DNA of 64,000 nucleotides, taken from positions 32,001 through 96,000 of the forward strand of contig CBDETY010000003.1 in the NCBI GenBank assembly GCA_965243025.1, in the 5' to 3' direction. This document shows positions 1-9,085 of this stretch, piece by piece (the stretch's first letter is position 1; each line of letters begins with the position of its first letter). The translations under genes were made by a program, and so were the position numbers. The notes beneath the pieces are model-generated. The model made no database searches. It was given only the letters and a program-made list of their open reading frames with translations, and was not told the DNA's origin. The stretch comes from Candidatus Latescibacterota bacterium. Its GTDB lineage: Bacteria; Latescibacterota; UBA2968; UBA8231.

Positions 1-2
1 CC

Positions 3-911
3 AGCGACGACGCCGGCGTCTACCGGCTCGGGGAGGACACGGCGATGGTCGTCACCGCGGACTTCATCACGCCGCCGGTAGACGACCCGTTCACCTTCGG
101 CCAGATCGGCGCCGCCAACTCCCTGAGCGACGTGTACGCGATGGGGGGGCGGCCGGTCGCCTGCCTCAACCTGATCGGGTTCCCTTCGGACGATCTCGGC
201 CCCGAGGTGCTGCACGGTATCGTCGAAGGGGCGCTGAGCAAGATCACCGAGGCCGGGGCGGTGCTGGCCGGCGGCCACACCACCAACGACGACGAGCCGA
301 AGTTCGGCCTCTCGGTCACCGGGCTGGTGCACCCGGACAGGTACTGGCGCAACGCCGGGGCCCTTGCCGGGGACGCCCTGATACTGACCAAGCCGATCGG
401 CAGCGGCGTGATCTTCAACGCCAACCTGAAAGGCATGCTTCCCCGCCAAGCCCTGGAGGAGACCCTCGCCGTGCTGACCGACCTGAACAGGACGGCGGCC
501 GAGACCCTGGCCCGGTTCGACGTGCACGCGGCGACCGACATCACCGGCTTCGGGCTCGCCGGCCACGCCCTGGAGATGGCCCGGGGATCCGGGGTGACCC
601 TCGAAATCGACGTCGACTCGCTGCCGACCCTGCCGCGGGCCCTGGAGATGTACGAGCGCGGCGTCACCACCGGGGCGAACGCGGAAAACCGCGAGCAGGT
701 CGGGGAGGCGGCCCTGTACGAGAAGGAGCTTCCGGGAAAGCAGGGGGAGATCCTGGTCGACCCGCAGACGAGCGGGGGCCTGTTCGCCGCGGTTCCCCAA
801 GCCCAGGCCGCCGCGGCGGTCGACGCCCTGCACGAGGCCGGCGTCGAGGCGGCCTGCATCGCCGGCCGCGCCGTCGACCTTTCGCCGCCGCACTACCTGA
901 AGTTCCGGTAG
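3..911 (+). CDS. selD: Selenide, water dikinase (selenophosphate synthetase), 5'-truncated by the window edge
   Basis: The frame is open from position 3 (SDDAGVYRL) and contains SelD motifs TADFITPPVDDP, GQIGAANSLSDVYAMGG, GGHT, ATDITGFGLAGH and DPQTSGGL. The N-terminal Cys/Sec site lies outside the window. Confidence 0.95.
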   Translation, partial: SDDAGVYRLGEDTAMVVTADFITPPVDDPFTFGQIGAANSLSDVYAMGGRPVACLNLIGFPSDDLGPEVLHGIVEGALSKITEAGAVLAGGHTTNDDEPKFGLSVTGLVHPDRYWRNAGALAGDALILTKPIGSGVIFNANLKGMLPRQALEETLAVLTDLNRTAAETLARFDVHAATDITGFGLAGHALEMARGSGVTLEIDVDSLPTLPRALEMYERGVTTGANAENREQVGEAALYEKELPGKQGEILVDPQTSGGLFAAVPQAQAAAAVDALHEAGVEAACIAGRAVDLSPPHYLKFR

Positions 912-995
912 CAAGCTCGGGCCGAACGCATTTTACATTCATCCTTCAATTCTTCATCCACCGCGGTTCGCTTCACCAGAAACAGGAGGACCAAA

Positions 996-1856
996 GTGCA
1001 ACTTCGCAGGATCTGCCTTGCCCTGACCCTTGCCCTTGCCACCCAGGCATCGGCCGCGGACCAGTTCCGCTTCACCGCGATTCCCGATCAGAACACCGCC
1101 CGTCTCAAGGAGCGCTTCGACCGCGTCGCCGTGTACCTCTCGGGAAAGCTGGGTATCGACGTCCAGTACATACCGGTCAAGTCGTACGCGGCGTCGGTGA
1201 ACGCCTTCAAGAACGACGAGGTGCAGCTCGCCTGGTTCGGCGGCCTGTCCGGCGTCAAGGCGCGGCGCGCCGTGCCCGGATCCCAGGCGATCGCCCAGGG
1301 GGAAGAGGACCTTCAGTTCGTCACCTACTTCATAGCCAACGCCAGCACCGGCATCGAGCCGTCCGACGAATTCCCCGCGGCCATCGCCGGCCGCACCTTC
1401 ACCTTCGGTTCCAAGGGGTCGACGTCGGGCCGCCTGATGCCGGAGTTCTTCATCAGGCAGCATTTCGAGAAATCGCCTGACGAAGTCTTCAAGCGCGTCG
1501 GCTTCAGCGGCGACCACTCCAAGACCCTCGCCCTCGTGCAGTCGGGCAGCTACGAGGCCGGGGCCCTCAACTTCAAGGTGTTCGACAAGGAGAAGGCCGC
1601 GGGCAACGTCGACTCGACCAAGGTCAGCATCATCTGGCGCACCCCGACCTACCCCGACTACAACTGGTCGATCCGCGGCGACGTCGAGGAGAAATACGGG
1701 GAGGGGTTCACAGCCAAGGTCAAAGACGCGCTGCTCGCCCTCGACGACCGCGAGATTCTCGACCAGTTCCCGCGCACCCGCTTCATCGCCGCGGACAACT
1801 CGATGTACGCCTCCATACTCGAGACCGGGACCGCCATCGGCATCTTCGAGGAATGA
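996..1856 (+). CDS. PhnD-like ABC substrate-binding protein (putative selenate/selenium-oxyanion binding family)
   Basis: AGGAGG RBS, signal peptide (ALTLALATQASA), motifs FTAIPDQ, LAWFGGLSG, FTFGSKGSTSGRLMP and TPTYPDYNW. Lies directly after selD. Confidence 0.85.
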   Translation: MQLRRICLALTLALATQASAADQFRFTAIPDQNTARLKERFDRVAVYLSGKLGIDVQYIPVKSYAASVNAFKNDEVQLAWFGGLSGVKARRAVPGSQAIAQGEEDLQFVTYFIANASTGIEPSDEFPAAIAGRTFTFGSKGSTSGRLMPEFFIRQHFEKSPDEVFKRVGFSGDHSKTLALVQSGSYEAGALNFKVFDKEKAAGNVDSTKVSIIWRTPTYPDYNWSIRGDVEEKYGEGFTAKVKDALLALDDREILDQFPRTRFIAADNSMYASILETGTAIGIFEE

Positions 1857-1887
1857 TCCCGGTGATGCCGCAGTCGCGCAGGGAACC

Positions 1888-2568
1888 GTGTACGACCTCG
1901 AAGACCTGAGCGTTGCGTACGGGGAGACGCCGGTCCTGGCCGGCCTCTCCCTGCGCATCGGCGCCGGGGAGAAGGTCGTCGTCATCGGCCCCAGCGGTGT
2001 CGGCAAGACCACCCTGCTGAAAAAGCTGTACGAACTGCGCCAGGAGCAGTGCGCGTTCGTCCACCAGGACTACGCGCTGGTGCCGCAGCTGTCGGCCTTC
2101 CACAACGTCTACATCGGCCGCCTCGACCAGCGCCCGACCGCGGCCAACCTGCTGAATCTCATCCGGCCGCGGCGCCAGGAGATCGGGGAGATCCGTCCGA
2201 TCTTCGCCGCCCTCGGCATGGAGGAGAAGATGTTCGACCGGGTCGGCAACCTCTCGGGAGGGCAGCAGCAGCGGGTCGCGGTCGGCCGCGCCGTGTACCG
2301 CGGCTGCGACATCATCCTCGGGGACGAGCCGGTCTCCGCCATCGACCCGCTGCAGGCCGGGACCGTGCTGCAGCTGATCCGGAAAAGCGCCGCCACCGTC
2401 GTCCTCGCCATGCACGACGTCAAGCTGGCGCTCGCCCACTTCCCGCGCATCGTCGGACTGCGGGAAGGGAGCATCGCCTTCGACCTGCCGGCCGCCGAAG
2501 TCGACGACGGGATCCTCGCCGACCTCTACCGCGGCGAGGCGAGCGAAGGGGCCGAAGCGCTTCCCTGA
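1888..2568 (+). CDS. PhnC-like ABC transporter ATP-binding protein
   Basis: Walker A GPSGVGKT, signature LSGGQQQRVA, Walker B ILGDEP, H-loop MHD. The start is uncertain (see findings). Confidence 0.9.
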   Translation: MYDLEDLSVAYGETPVLAGLSLRIGAGEKVVVIGPSGVGKTTLLKKLYELRQEQCAFVHQDYALVPQLSAFHNVYIGRLDQRPTAANLLNLIRPRRQEIGEIRPIFAALGMEEKMFDRVGNLSGGQQQRVAVGRAVYRGCDIILGDEPVSAIDPLQAGTVLQLIRKSAATVVLAMHDVKLALAHFPRIVGLREGSIAFDLPAAEVDDGILADLYRGEASEGAEALP

Positions 2569-2586
2569 AACTGGCGTTCACCCCCG

Positions 2587-4104
2587 ATGCTGCGAACGAG
2601 CCTCCAGTTTGTCGGCGTCGCCCTGGTCTGCCTGGCCCTGGCCGACCTGGAGGTCACCACCCTCGACCCCTGGGGGGAGCTGCGGCGCATCGGCTTCGGC
2701 TTCCTCACTCCGGACCTGCCGGTCCTCTACACCTTCCGGGAGGCCCTGCTCAACACCGTCACCTTCGCCTTCTGCGGCATCACCCTCGGTCTGGCGCTCG
2801 GCAGCGTCCTGGCCCTCTTCTTCCAGGTCACCGCGGTCAGGCTGTTCTGCGCCTTCATCCGCGCGATCCACGAGATCTTCTGGGCCTTCCTGTTCCTGCC
2901 TGTCGTCGGCCTCAACCCGATGTGCGGAGTGCTGGCCATCGGCATCCCCTACGCCGGCATTTTCGCCAAGGTGTTCGCCGAGATCATGCAGGAGGCGGAC
3001 CAGACCCCGCTGAAGGGCCTGCCCCTGCACACCCCGAGGCTGAGCAGGTTCTTCTACGGGGTGCTGCCGGTGATCTACGCCGACGTCAAACACTACACCT
3101 CGTACCGGTTCGAGTGCGCCCTGCGCTCGAGCGCCATCCTCGGGTTCATCGGCCTGCCGACCCTGGGGTTCCACCTCGAGACCGCTTTCCGGGAAGGGCT
3201 CTACAGCGAGGCCCCGGCCCTCCTCTACGCCTTCTACCTGCTGATCGCCTCGCTGCGCTACTGGCTCAAGCCCAGGGTCGCGGTCGCCTGCGCGGCGGCC
3301 TCGTTCGCCCTGATTTCCACCGAGATCCACCTCTCCTGGCAGAACATCGCCCGCTTCGCCACCTGGGAGATCCTGCCCTGGCCGATGCGGCGCGAGGGGT
3401 TTCTCGAGGGCACAGGCGAGATCTCCTTCCCGGCGGGGAAGGTGTGGGACTGGGCCCTGGCCATCCTGTCGCAGGAAGCCCTGCCCGGGGTCTGGAACAC
3501 GGTGCTGCTGACGCAGGTGGTGCTGGTCGGGACCGGGCTGTTCACCCTGGTCTTTTTCGGCGCCGTCTGCCGCCACTTCGTCAGGACCCGGGTTTCGCGC
3601 GGGCTCGCCAACTACTTCCTCATCGTCATGCGGACGACGCCGGAGTACATCCTCGCCTACGTCTTCCTGCAGCTCTGGGGCCCGTCGATGCTGCCGGCCG
3701 TCCTCGCCATCACCCTGCACAACGGCGCCATCCTGTCGCACCTGACCGGCCAGAACGCCAACCTCGTGAAGCTCGAGATCGACGCGGCGAAGAAGCGGGC
3801 GAACCGCTACCTGTTCGAGGTCCTGCCGCGCGTGTACGGGCAGTTCATGGCCTTCCTGTTCTACCGCTGGGAGGTGATGATGCGGGAGTCGGCGATCCTC
3901 GGGATCCTCGGGATCTCCACCCTCGGGTTCTTCATCGACAGCGCCATCGCCGACGACAAGCTCGACAAGGCGGTGTTCCTGATCCTGGTGACGGCGGTGC
4001 TGAACATCGGCATCGACACCATCTCGCAGAAGATCAGGAAACGGCTGCGGGTGAACACAGGGGCGGTGTTCACCTACCAGCGGCAGGCGGGCGCCGGGGG
4101 CTGA
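2587..4104 (+). CDS. PhnE-like ABC permease with two fused permease domains
   Basis: Many TM segments and two PhnE-type repeats (RAIHEIFWA...YRFECALRSSAILG; RTTPEYILA...YRWEVMMRESAILG). Confidence 0.88.
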   Translation: MLRTSLQFVGVALVCLALADLEVTTLDPWGELRRIGFGFLTPDLPVLYTFREALLNTVTFAFCGITLGLALGSVLALFFQVTAVRLFCAFIRAIHEIFWAFLFLPVVGLNPMCGVLAIGIPYAGIFAKVFAEIMQEADQTPLKGLPLHTPRLSRFFYGVLPVIYADVKHYTSYRFECALRSSAILGFIGLPTLGFHLETAFREGLYSEAPALLYAFYLLIASLRYWLKPRVAVACAAASFALISTEIHLSWQNIARFATWEILPWPMRREGFLEGTGEISFPAGKVWDWALAILSQEALPGVWNTVLLTQVVLVGTGLFTLVFFGAVCRHFVRTRVSRGLANYFLIVMRTTPEYILAYVFLQLWGPSMLPAVLAITLHNGAILSHLTGQNANLVKLEIDAAKKRANRYLFEVLPRVYGQFMAFLFYRWEVMMRESAILGILGISTLGFFIDSAIADDKLDKAVFLILVTAVLNIGIDTISQKIRKRLRVNTGAVFTYQRQAGAGG

Positions 4105-4297
4105 GGCGGGACCCGGGGATCCGGATCCCGAGGGGGGACTGTCGCCTCCCGGACTTCCTTCCGGATCGCCCGCAGGCGGGGCGGCACCACCCGGAAGTTT
4201 CCGGCCGGGTCGCCGGCCAGAGTCAGGATTCCTGCCGGTCGCAGAAGTCCCGATGCGGGAGCGGCCCGGAAGAAGGGCGCAGCCCCCGGCGTCTCTC

Positions 4298-6736
4298 CTA
4301 TTTCAGCAGCATCATCTTCCGCATCGACACGAAGCCGGCGGTGGAAAGGCGGTAGATGTAGACGCCGCTGGCCGCCTCGCGTCCCTGTTCGTCCCTGCCG
4401 TCCCAGGTGAACGCGTGCCGGCCGGGGCCGAGGCCTTCCCAGGTCAGCACCTGCACCCTGCGCCCGGACAGGTCGAAGATCTCCAGGTGCAGCGGCCGGC
4501 CCCCCTGGCGGTCGAAGATGTCGAAGCGGATGGTGGTCCCGGCATTGAACGGGTTGGGCGCGTTCTGATGCAGAACCGCGGCGGCGGGCAGCGCCGGGGC
4601 CCGCAGGCGATAGGCCTGTTCTTCCGCCACGACGATCATGTCCCGCTGGAGGGAGGCGAACTGCTTCAGCTCGGCGGAAGGTGACCCCACCGCGTCATAC
4701 TCGAGGACCGGATCCCCCGGGGTGTACTCCGAGTCGATCCAGACGCCCCCGCGCAGGTAGAACTGCCGGCCGAACCAGGATGCGCTCGCGAGCTGTTCCT
4801 CGACGGCGGTGGTGAAACCATCGCCGACCGCTTCGTCCGAAACCCCCTGGGGCAGGGCCAGCGGCTGTTCCACCCTCGACAGCTCGGTGCCGTCGTTGCG
4901 AACCACCCGGTCCACGGCGACGAAGGAGGTGTAGGCGGTGAGCAGGTTGTAGGTCAGCCCCAGCTCCATGATGTGGCTTTGCACCCGCAACTCGTCTTCG
5001 TACCCCAGCCCCGCGTAGTCCCCGAGGGTGGCGATGAGCCGGCGGGCCCAGAGATAACGGAGCGCGGCGTTGGACGGGTCGGAGGCAACCTGCGAGACGT
5101 CGATTTCATAGCTGTACTCCCCCTGTCCCGTATGCCCACGCAGGGACAGGGTGCCCTGCCGTTCCCCCTGCCATTTCCCGTAGACCAGGACGGGCCGCTG
5201 CGCCAGCAGGTCGGGGATGACGACCGGCTCCACTTCGTAGATGTCGAACCCCTCGGCCGCGAGGGTCGCCCCGGAAAGGACCGGTGTGCGGATGTACTCG
5301 CGGAACCGGGCGGCCGTCTCTTCCGCCTCCTCCTGGTGAGTGACCACGAACGGCTCGCCGAACCCGACGCGCGCGATCCCCTCGATAAGGTGGCGGTTGA
5401 CGCTCGATCCTATGCCGAAGGCGAAGACGTTCGCTTCTCCGAGGTTGTCCCTGATCAGGTCGAACACCTCCGCTTCCGCGGAGATGTAGCCGTCGGTGGC
5501 GATCACGATCGAGCGGGAGGTCGTAGCGCTCGTTCCCGGCAGCCGCATGGCGCGCTCGAGGGCCGCCCCGAGCCGGGTGCCGCCCCCTCCCTCCCTTGCG
5601 TCGATGAACTCGAGGGCAAGCTCTATGTTCTCGCTCGAGGCGGGAAGGGATGTATCCGACATCAGGTTGGAAACCCCGGCGAACAGCATCACGTTGAAGT
5701 GGTCGGTCCGACGGAGCGGCTCGATCAGGTCCCGCAGCAGGGCCTTCGACACATCGAGCGGATAGCCCCTCATAGACCCGGATACGTCGACGACGAAGAT
5801 GTACTCCCGCGGGGGTATCTCCTCCTCGGCGACGCGTTCGGGCGGCTGCCCCATGAACAGGAAGAAGTTTTCGTCCAGGAAGCTGTCGCCCTCCGCCTCG
5901 TAGAGCAGCAGGCCGGTTTCGATCCGGTTCCCCGCCAGGCTGTAGCGCAGGATGTAATCCCGGTTGCCGCCGGACTCGTCCGAATCGAGCAGTCTGACCT
6001 GCGCCCTGCCGGCTTCCGGAAAGGAGACGTCGACTTCGTGGGAAATGGAGTACACGGATTGAACAGGCACCCCGGTGTTCAGCTCGACGTCGATGTCAAA
6101 ACTATAGGTGGCCGGCTCCCCTTCACGGGTGTACGGCGTCGCGACGAACAGATCCCTTGGATCGGCCTCCGCCAGGGGGGTCTCGGAGTACCGCGGTCCG
6201 ACCACGGTCGGATAGACGAATTCGTACGCCCCTTCGGTCGGCACGAGAGTTTCGGTATAGCTGAGCTCGACGAAGATGCGGTCTCCCGGCAGGATGTTGC
6301 CCACCGTCATCTGGAAGACGTTGGGCCTCTGCTGCTCGAGGAGCGAGGCGGTGCGGCCCTCTTCGATGGCCTCCTCGTACTCCTGCCGCGCCTGCTCCCG
6401 CTCCCGTATCTCCGCGGTGATGACGCGGTCGCCGATGGTCATCTCCATTCCGTAGACCGCAGCCTGGGTCGAGGCGGGAAAAATGTAGGTGGCTTCGAGG
6501 GGCCGTTCCCCCTCGTTGGCGTACTCCTGGCGGATCCGGACGTCGGCGATGACCCCGGCGATCGACACGGCGGCGTAAACCGACTTCAGGGGCAGCTGGT
6601 CGAGGTCGGGATCGTCGGTTTCGACGAAGAAGAACGGGGAGAGGGTTTCCTGCGGCGGCTCCAGGAATTCGTGATCTCCACGACCTGGGGCCGGAAGGAG
6701 CAGGAGGGTCAGAAGACAGGCGATGGAAGCGGCCAT
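4298..6736 (-). CDS. Secreted VIT + vWA domain protein with C-terminal FlgD-Ig/T9SS-like sorting domain
   Basis: Signal peptide, VIT motif (LEATYIFP...AAVYGMEM), vWA MIDAS DVSGSM...GGT...TDG, C-terminal NAPNPFN...WDGRD...SGVYIYRL. Confidence 0.88.
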   Translation of the reverse strand: MAASIACLLTLLLLPAPGRGDHEFLEPPQETLSPFFFVETDDPDLDQLPLKSVYAAVSIAGVIADVRIRQEYANEGERPLEATYIFPASTQAAVYGMEMTIGDRVITAEIREREQARQEYEEAIEEGRTASLLEQQRPNVFQMTVGNILPGDRIFVELSYTETLVPTEGAYEFVYPTVVGPRYSETPLAEADPRDLFVATPYTREGEPATYSFDIDVELNTGVPVQSVYSISHEVDVSFPEAGRAQVRLLDSDESGGNRDYILRYSLAGNRIETGLLLYEAEGDSFLDENFFLFMGQPPERVAEEEIPPREYIFVVDVSGSMRGYPLDVSKALLRDLIEPLRRTDHFNVMLFAGVSNLMSDTSLPASSENIELALEFIDAREGGGGTRLGAALERAMRLPGTSATTSRSIVIATDGYISAEAEVFDLIRDNLGEANVFAFGIGSSVNRHLIEGIARVGFGEPFVVTHQEEAEETAARFREYIRTPVLSGATLAAEGFDIYEVEPVVIPDLLAQRPVLVYGKWQGERQGTLSLRGHTGQGEYSYEIDVSQVASDPSNAALRYLWARRLIATLGDYAGLGYEDELRVQSHIMELGLTYNLLTAYTSFVAVDRVVRNDGTELSRVEQPLALPQGVSDEAVGDGFTTAVEEQLASASWFGRQFYLRGGVWIDSEYTPGDPVLEYDAVGSPSAELKQFASLQRDMIVVAEEQAYRLRAPALPAAAVLHQNAPNPFNAGTTIRFDIFDRQGGRPLHLEIFDLSGRRVQVLTWEGLGPGRHAFTWDGRDEQGREAASGVYIYRLSTAGFVSMRKMMLLK

Positions 6737-6785
6737 GGCTCACCTCCGGGATCCGGGGGGAAAAACCGGGCAGACTCTTTCGGTG

Positions 6786-6814
6786 AGTGTAATCGTCTGT
6801 GGACCGGATGTCGA
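6786..6814 (-). promoter_or_regulatory. Putative sigma70 promoter for the VIT-vWA gene
   Basis: Minus strand TCGACA-N17-TACACT about 50 nt upstream of the ATG at 6736. Confidence 0.45.
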
Positions 6815-6831
6815 TGCCGCCGGCGGGCAGG

Positions 6832-8022
6832 TCAGACCGCGACCAGGTGCCGGCGGTTGGCGAGGATGTCCTTCACCGCGGCGATCAGGCGGTCCACCTC
6901 GTCGCAGGTGTTGAAGAAGTGGACGCTTGCGCGCAGGTAGCTGACCCCGTGAATCTGCGGGCAGCTGTTCTCGATCTTCTCGTCCCAGAGGCACTGGCTC
7001 AGCTTCATCATGTCGATGCCGTCGATGACGAACGTCGACATGAAACAGGAGGTTTCCGAACCCATCGGCACGGTGAGGCTCAGCCCTTCGATCTCCAGCA
7101 GCCGCTCCTTCAGGTAGCGGCTCAGGCGGTAGCAGTAGGACTGGACCTTGTCCGGCCATCCGATCTCGCGCATGAAGTCGATGGTCGTGCCCAGGGCGGC
7201 GAAATGGGTCTGGTCGCGGGTGCCTGCGAGGTCGTACCTGCGCGCCGTCGGGGCCGGCCGGTCGTCGCCGATGAAAAGCGGGCGCAGCACGTTCTGGAAC
7301 TGCTCGGAGACGTAGATCATGCCCGTCCCCTTGGGGCCGAGAAGCCATTTGTGGCAGCTGCCGATGTAGAAGTCGCTGTCGATGTCGGACAGGTCGATGT
7401 CTATCTGGCCGAGCGAATGGGCGCCGTCGATCGCGGTGATGGCGCCGTGCTCGTGCGCCAGGCTGCAGATCTCGCGGGCGGGAACCATCAGCCCGGTGAA
7501 GTAGTAGACGTGGCAGAAGGTGACGACGCGGGTGCGCTCGTTCATCGCCGCGGCGAAAGCGGCGGCGACCTCTTCCTTGGTTTCGGCGCGGTTCGGCAGC
7601 TCGATGGCGCGGACCGTCAGGCCGTCCCGCCTGGCCACGTACCGCCACAGCGCCTCCATCGCCGGGTACTCGTGGTTGCTCATCAGGATCTCGCCGCCCG
7701 CCTCCAGGCTCAGTCCCTGGGCGACGGTGTTCATCCCCATGGTGGTGTTGAGGACGAGGGCGATCCGGTCCGGCGTCGTTCCGGTGAAGGAGGCCAGCTT
7801 CTCCCGCGTCTCTTCGTTCAGCGGCCCGAGTGTATGGCCCATGTGCGCGCCGACGTCGGTGTTGAGCAGCGCGTTAAGCTCGGCGATGCGGTCGACGACG
7901 ACCCGGGCGCACGGCCCGAAGATGCCGCCGTTCAGGTAGGCGATGTCCGGCTGCAGCAGGAACTGCTCCCGCACCCGGGCCCAGTGGTTGATTTCTTCCC
8001 TGGAAATGCCGTGATCTGCCAT
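6832..8022 (-). CDS. PLP-dependent class V aminotransferase (isopenicillin N epimerase / EgtE-like C-S lyase family)
   Basis: YLNGGIFGP, NTTMG, EYP, IDGAH and PLP-lysine motif GSCHKWLLGPKGTG. Start placed at ATG 8022 after a GGGGGAG RBS. Confidence 0.85.
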   Translation of the reverse strand: MADHGISREEINHWARVREQFLLQPDIAYLNGGIFGPCARVVVDRIAELNALLNTDVGAHMGHTLGPLNEETREKLASFTGTTPDRIALVLNTTMGMNTVAQGLSLEAGGEILMSNHEYPAMEALWRYVARRDGLTVRAIELPNRAETKEEVAAAFAAAMNERTRVVTFCHVYYFTGLMVPAREICSLAHEHGAITAIDGAHSLGQIDIDLSDIDSDFYIGSCHKWLLGPKGTGMIYVSEQFQNVLRPLFIGDDRPAPTARRYDLAGTRDQTHFAALGTTIDFMREIGWPDKVQSYCYRLSRYLKERLLEIEGLSLTVPMGSETSCFMSTFVIDGIDMMKLSQCLWDEKIENSCPQIHGVSYLRASVHFFNTCDEVDRLIAAVKDILANRRHLVAV

Positions 8023-8152
8023 TTTTGGGTCTCCCCCTTGTTGAGGCCGGAAAGGTAACTGCTTGACCGCCTCGGTTGAAGTGTCGAGGCGGGTGGACCT
8101 CGCCGGCGAAGGTATGCCGGATCGCACCCAAGCCCCTGCTTGCGGCGAGACG

Positions 8153-8548
8153 TCACACCCGCGGCATGGGCTCGTACAGGGAGATGTCGTCCATCGGGTA
8201 GTGGCCGCGGTTGCAGGTGACGAGGACCAGACCCCTCACCTGCGCGGTGGCGGCGATGAGGGCATCGGCCCGGCCGAGGGTCACCCCACGGCGGCGGAAG
8301 TCGCGCCAGTACCCGGCCGCGGCCAGGGCGATGCGGCTGTCCGCCGGAATCTGGTCCAGTGTATCGAGGAACCGGCGGGTCGGCTCCTCCTCCTGGAGGC
8401 GGGCGCCCGCCCAGACCTCGAACGCGGACAGCGCCGAGCAACCCAGGGGCTGCTCGTCCTCGATGGTCCGCAGCAGGGCTTCGGTGGGCTCGTGGCCCCG
8501 CAGGTGCCAGATGATGACGTCGGTGTCGAGAAGGTAGCGAAGCGCCAT
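8153..8548 (-). CDS. vapC: VapC PIN-domain toxin
   Basis: YLLDTDVII, conserved Glu (AFEV), ADALIAATA and LVTCNRGHY; 131 aa. Confidence 0.92.
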   Translation of the reverse strand: MALRYLLDTDVIIWHLRGHEPTEALLRTIEDEQPLGCSALSAFEVWAGARLQEEEPTRRFLDTLDQIPADSRIALAAAGYWRDFRRRGVTLGRADALIAATAQVRGLVLVTCNRGHYPMDDISLYEPMPRV

Positions 8549-8824
8549 TCAACCCGACTCCGGCGTTCCGGGTCTACGCCAGCCCTCGTCGTCCCGAAGG
8601 GAATCGATGTGATCCCACACGTCCGCGTGGGTCCGCAGGTGAGGGTAATCGTCGTCGCGCCAGGCCCCGAAGGTCCGTTCCCTTTCGGTTCGGAAGGCCA
8701 GTTGCATCAGGCGGTTCTCGATGGCCTCGGCGATGAACTCGCTTCGTTTCCGCTCAGGAACGCTGGCGCGCAGCTTGGCCGCGGTCTCCTCCGGAAGGAC
8801 GATGGTGGTGCGTACTTTGGTCAT
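8549..8824 (-). CDS. vapB: Antitoxin (ribbon-helix-helix type, VapB-like)
   Basis: 91 aa abutting vapC; N-terminal beta strand (RTTIVLPEE) followed by RSEFIAEAIE. Confidence 0.75.
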   Translation of the reverse strand: MTKVRTTIVLPEETAAKLRASVPERKRSEFIAEAIENRLMQLAFRTERERTFGAWRDDDYPHLRTHADVWDHIDSLRDDEGWRRPGTPESG

Positions 8825-8837
8825 TTTATGTGGCCTG

Positions 8838-8884
8838 TTTGTATGATATATGAGGTTGAATTTGTATGACTTGTTATATGCATA
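8838..8884 (-). promoter_or_regulatory. AT-rich vapBC promoter/operator region
   Basis: Direct repeat TTTGTATGA at 8838-8846 and 8861-8869 plus a TATGCATA palindrome just upstream of the antitoxin start. Autoregulatory operators are typical of type II TA systems. Confidence 0.5.
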
Positions 8885-8936
8885 AACATGCAGCGGAAGC
8901 TTGAGGAGTCAAGCCGGCCTCGCTGACGGGGGAGCA

Positions 8937-9048
8937 GCGGCATGGTTCGCAAGGATGCCTTCCGTGGGCTGCGGCCGCGCTTGAAGGACCGGACAAGCTC
9001 TGCTGGTCCGCTGCGAAAAAACGCGTCTGCCCGGCCGAGGGTCACCCC
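8937..9048 (-). pseudogene. Decayed fragment of a vapC 3' half
   Basis: 20-bp exact match GCCCGGCCGAGGGTCACCCC (8268-8287 vs 9029-9048), with patchy colinear similarity continuing to GCGGCATGG (8161 vs 8937). Translates GVTLGRADA like vapC, then is broken by indels. Confidence 0.65.
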
Positions 9049-9085
9049 CCCGGCGAAGGATGGACGCTTCGGCTGGCGGTCCCGC

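Noticed and set aside
996-4104. Naming the transporter phnCDE
   Set aside because: No phosphonate catabolism genes nearby and the selD context argues otherwise, so gene symbols were withheld.
4116-4129. Perfect palindrome GGGATCCGGATCCC after the permease
   Set aside because: Single short GC-rich palindrome without a U-tract or other copies; not enough to call a terminator or operator.
1-4300. tRNA-Sec, SECIS element or UGA-recoded selenoprotein near selD
   Set aside because: No tRNA-like sequence seen, no gene appears interrupted by an in-frame TGA, and the selD Sec/Cys site lies outside the window.
6832-8022. Naming the PLP enzyme egtE, cefD or a cysteine desulfurase
   Set aside because: The motifs identify only the class V family; I see no desulfurase-type catalytic Cys loop, and specificity cannot be read from sequence.
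8821-9045. 74-aa ORF upstream of the antitoxin as a third TA component
   Set aside because: Better explained as the frameshifted vapC remnant running through the promoter.
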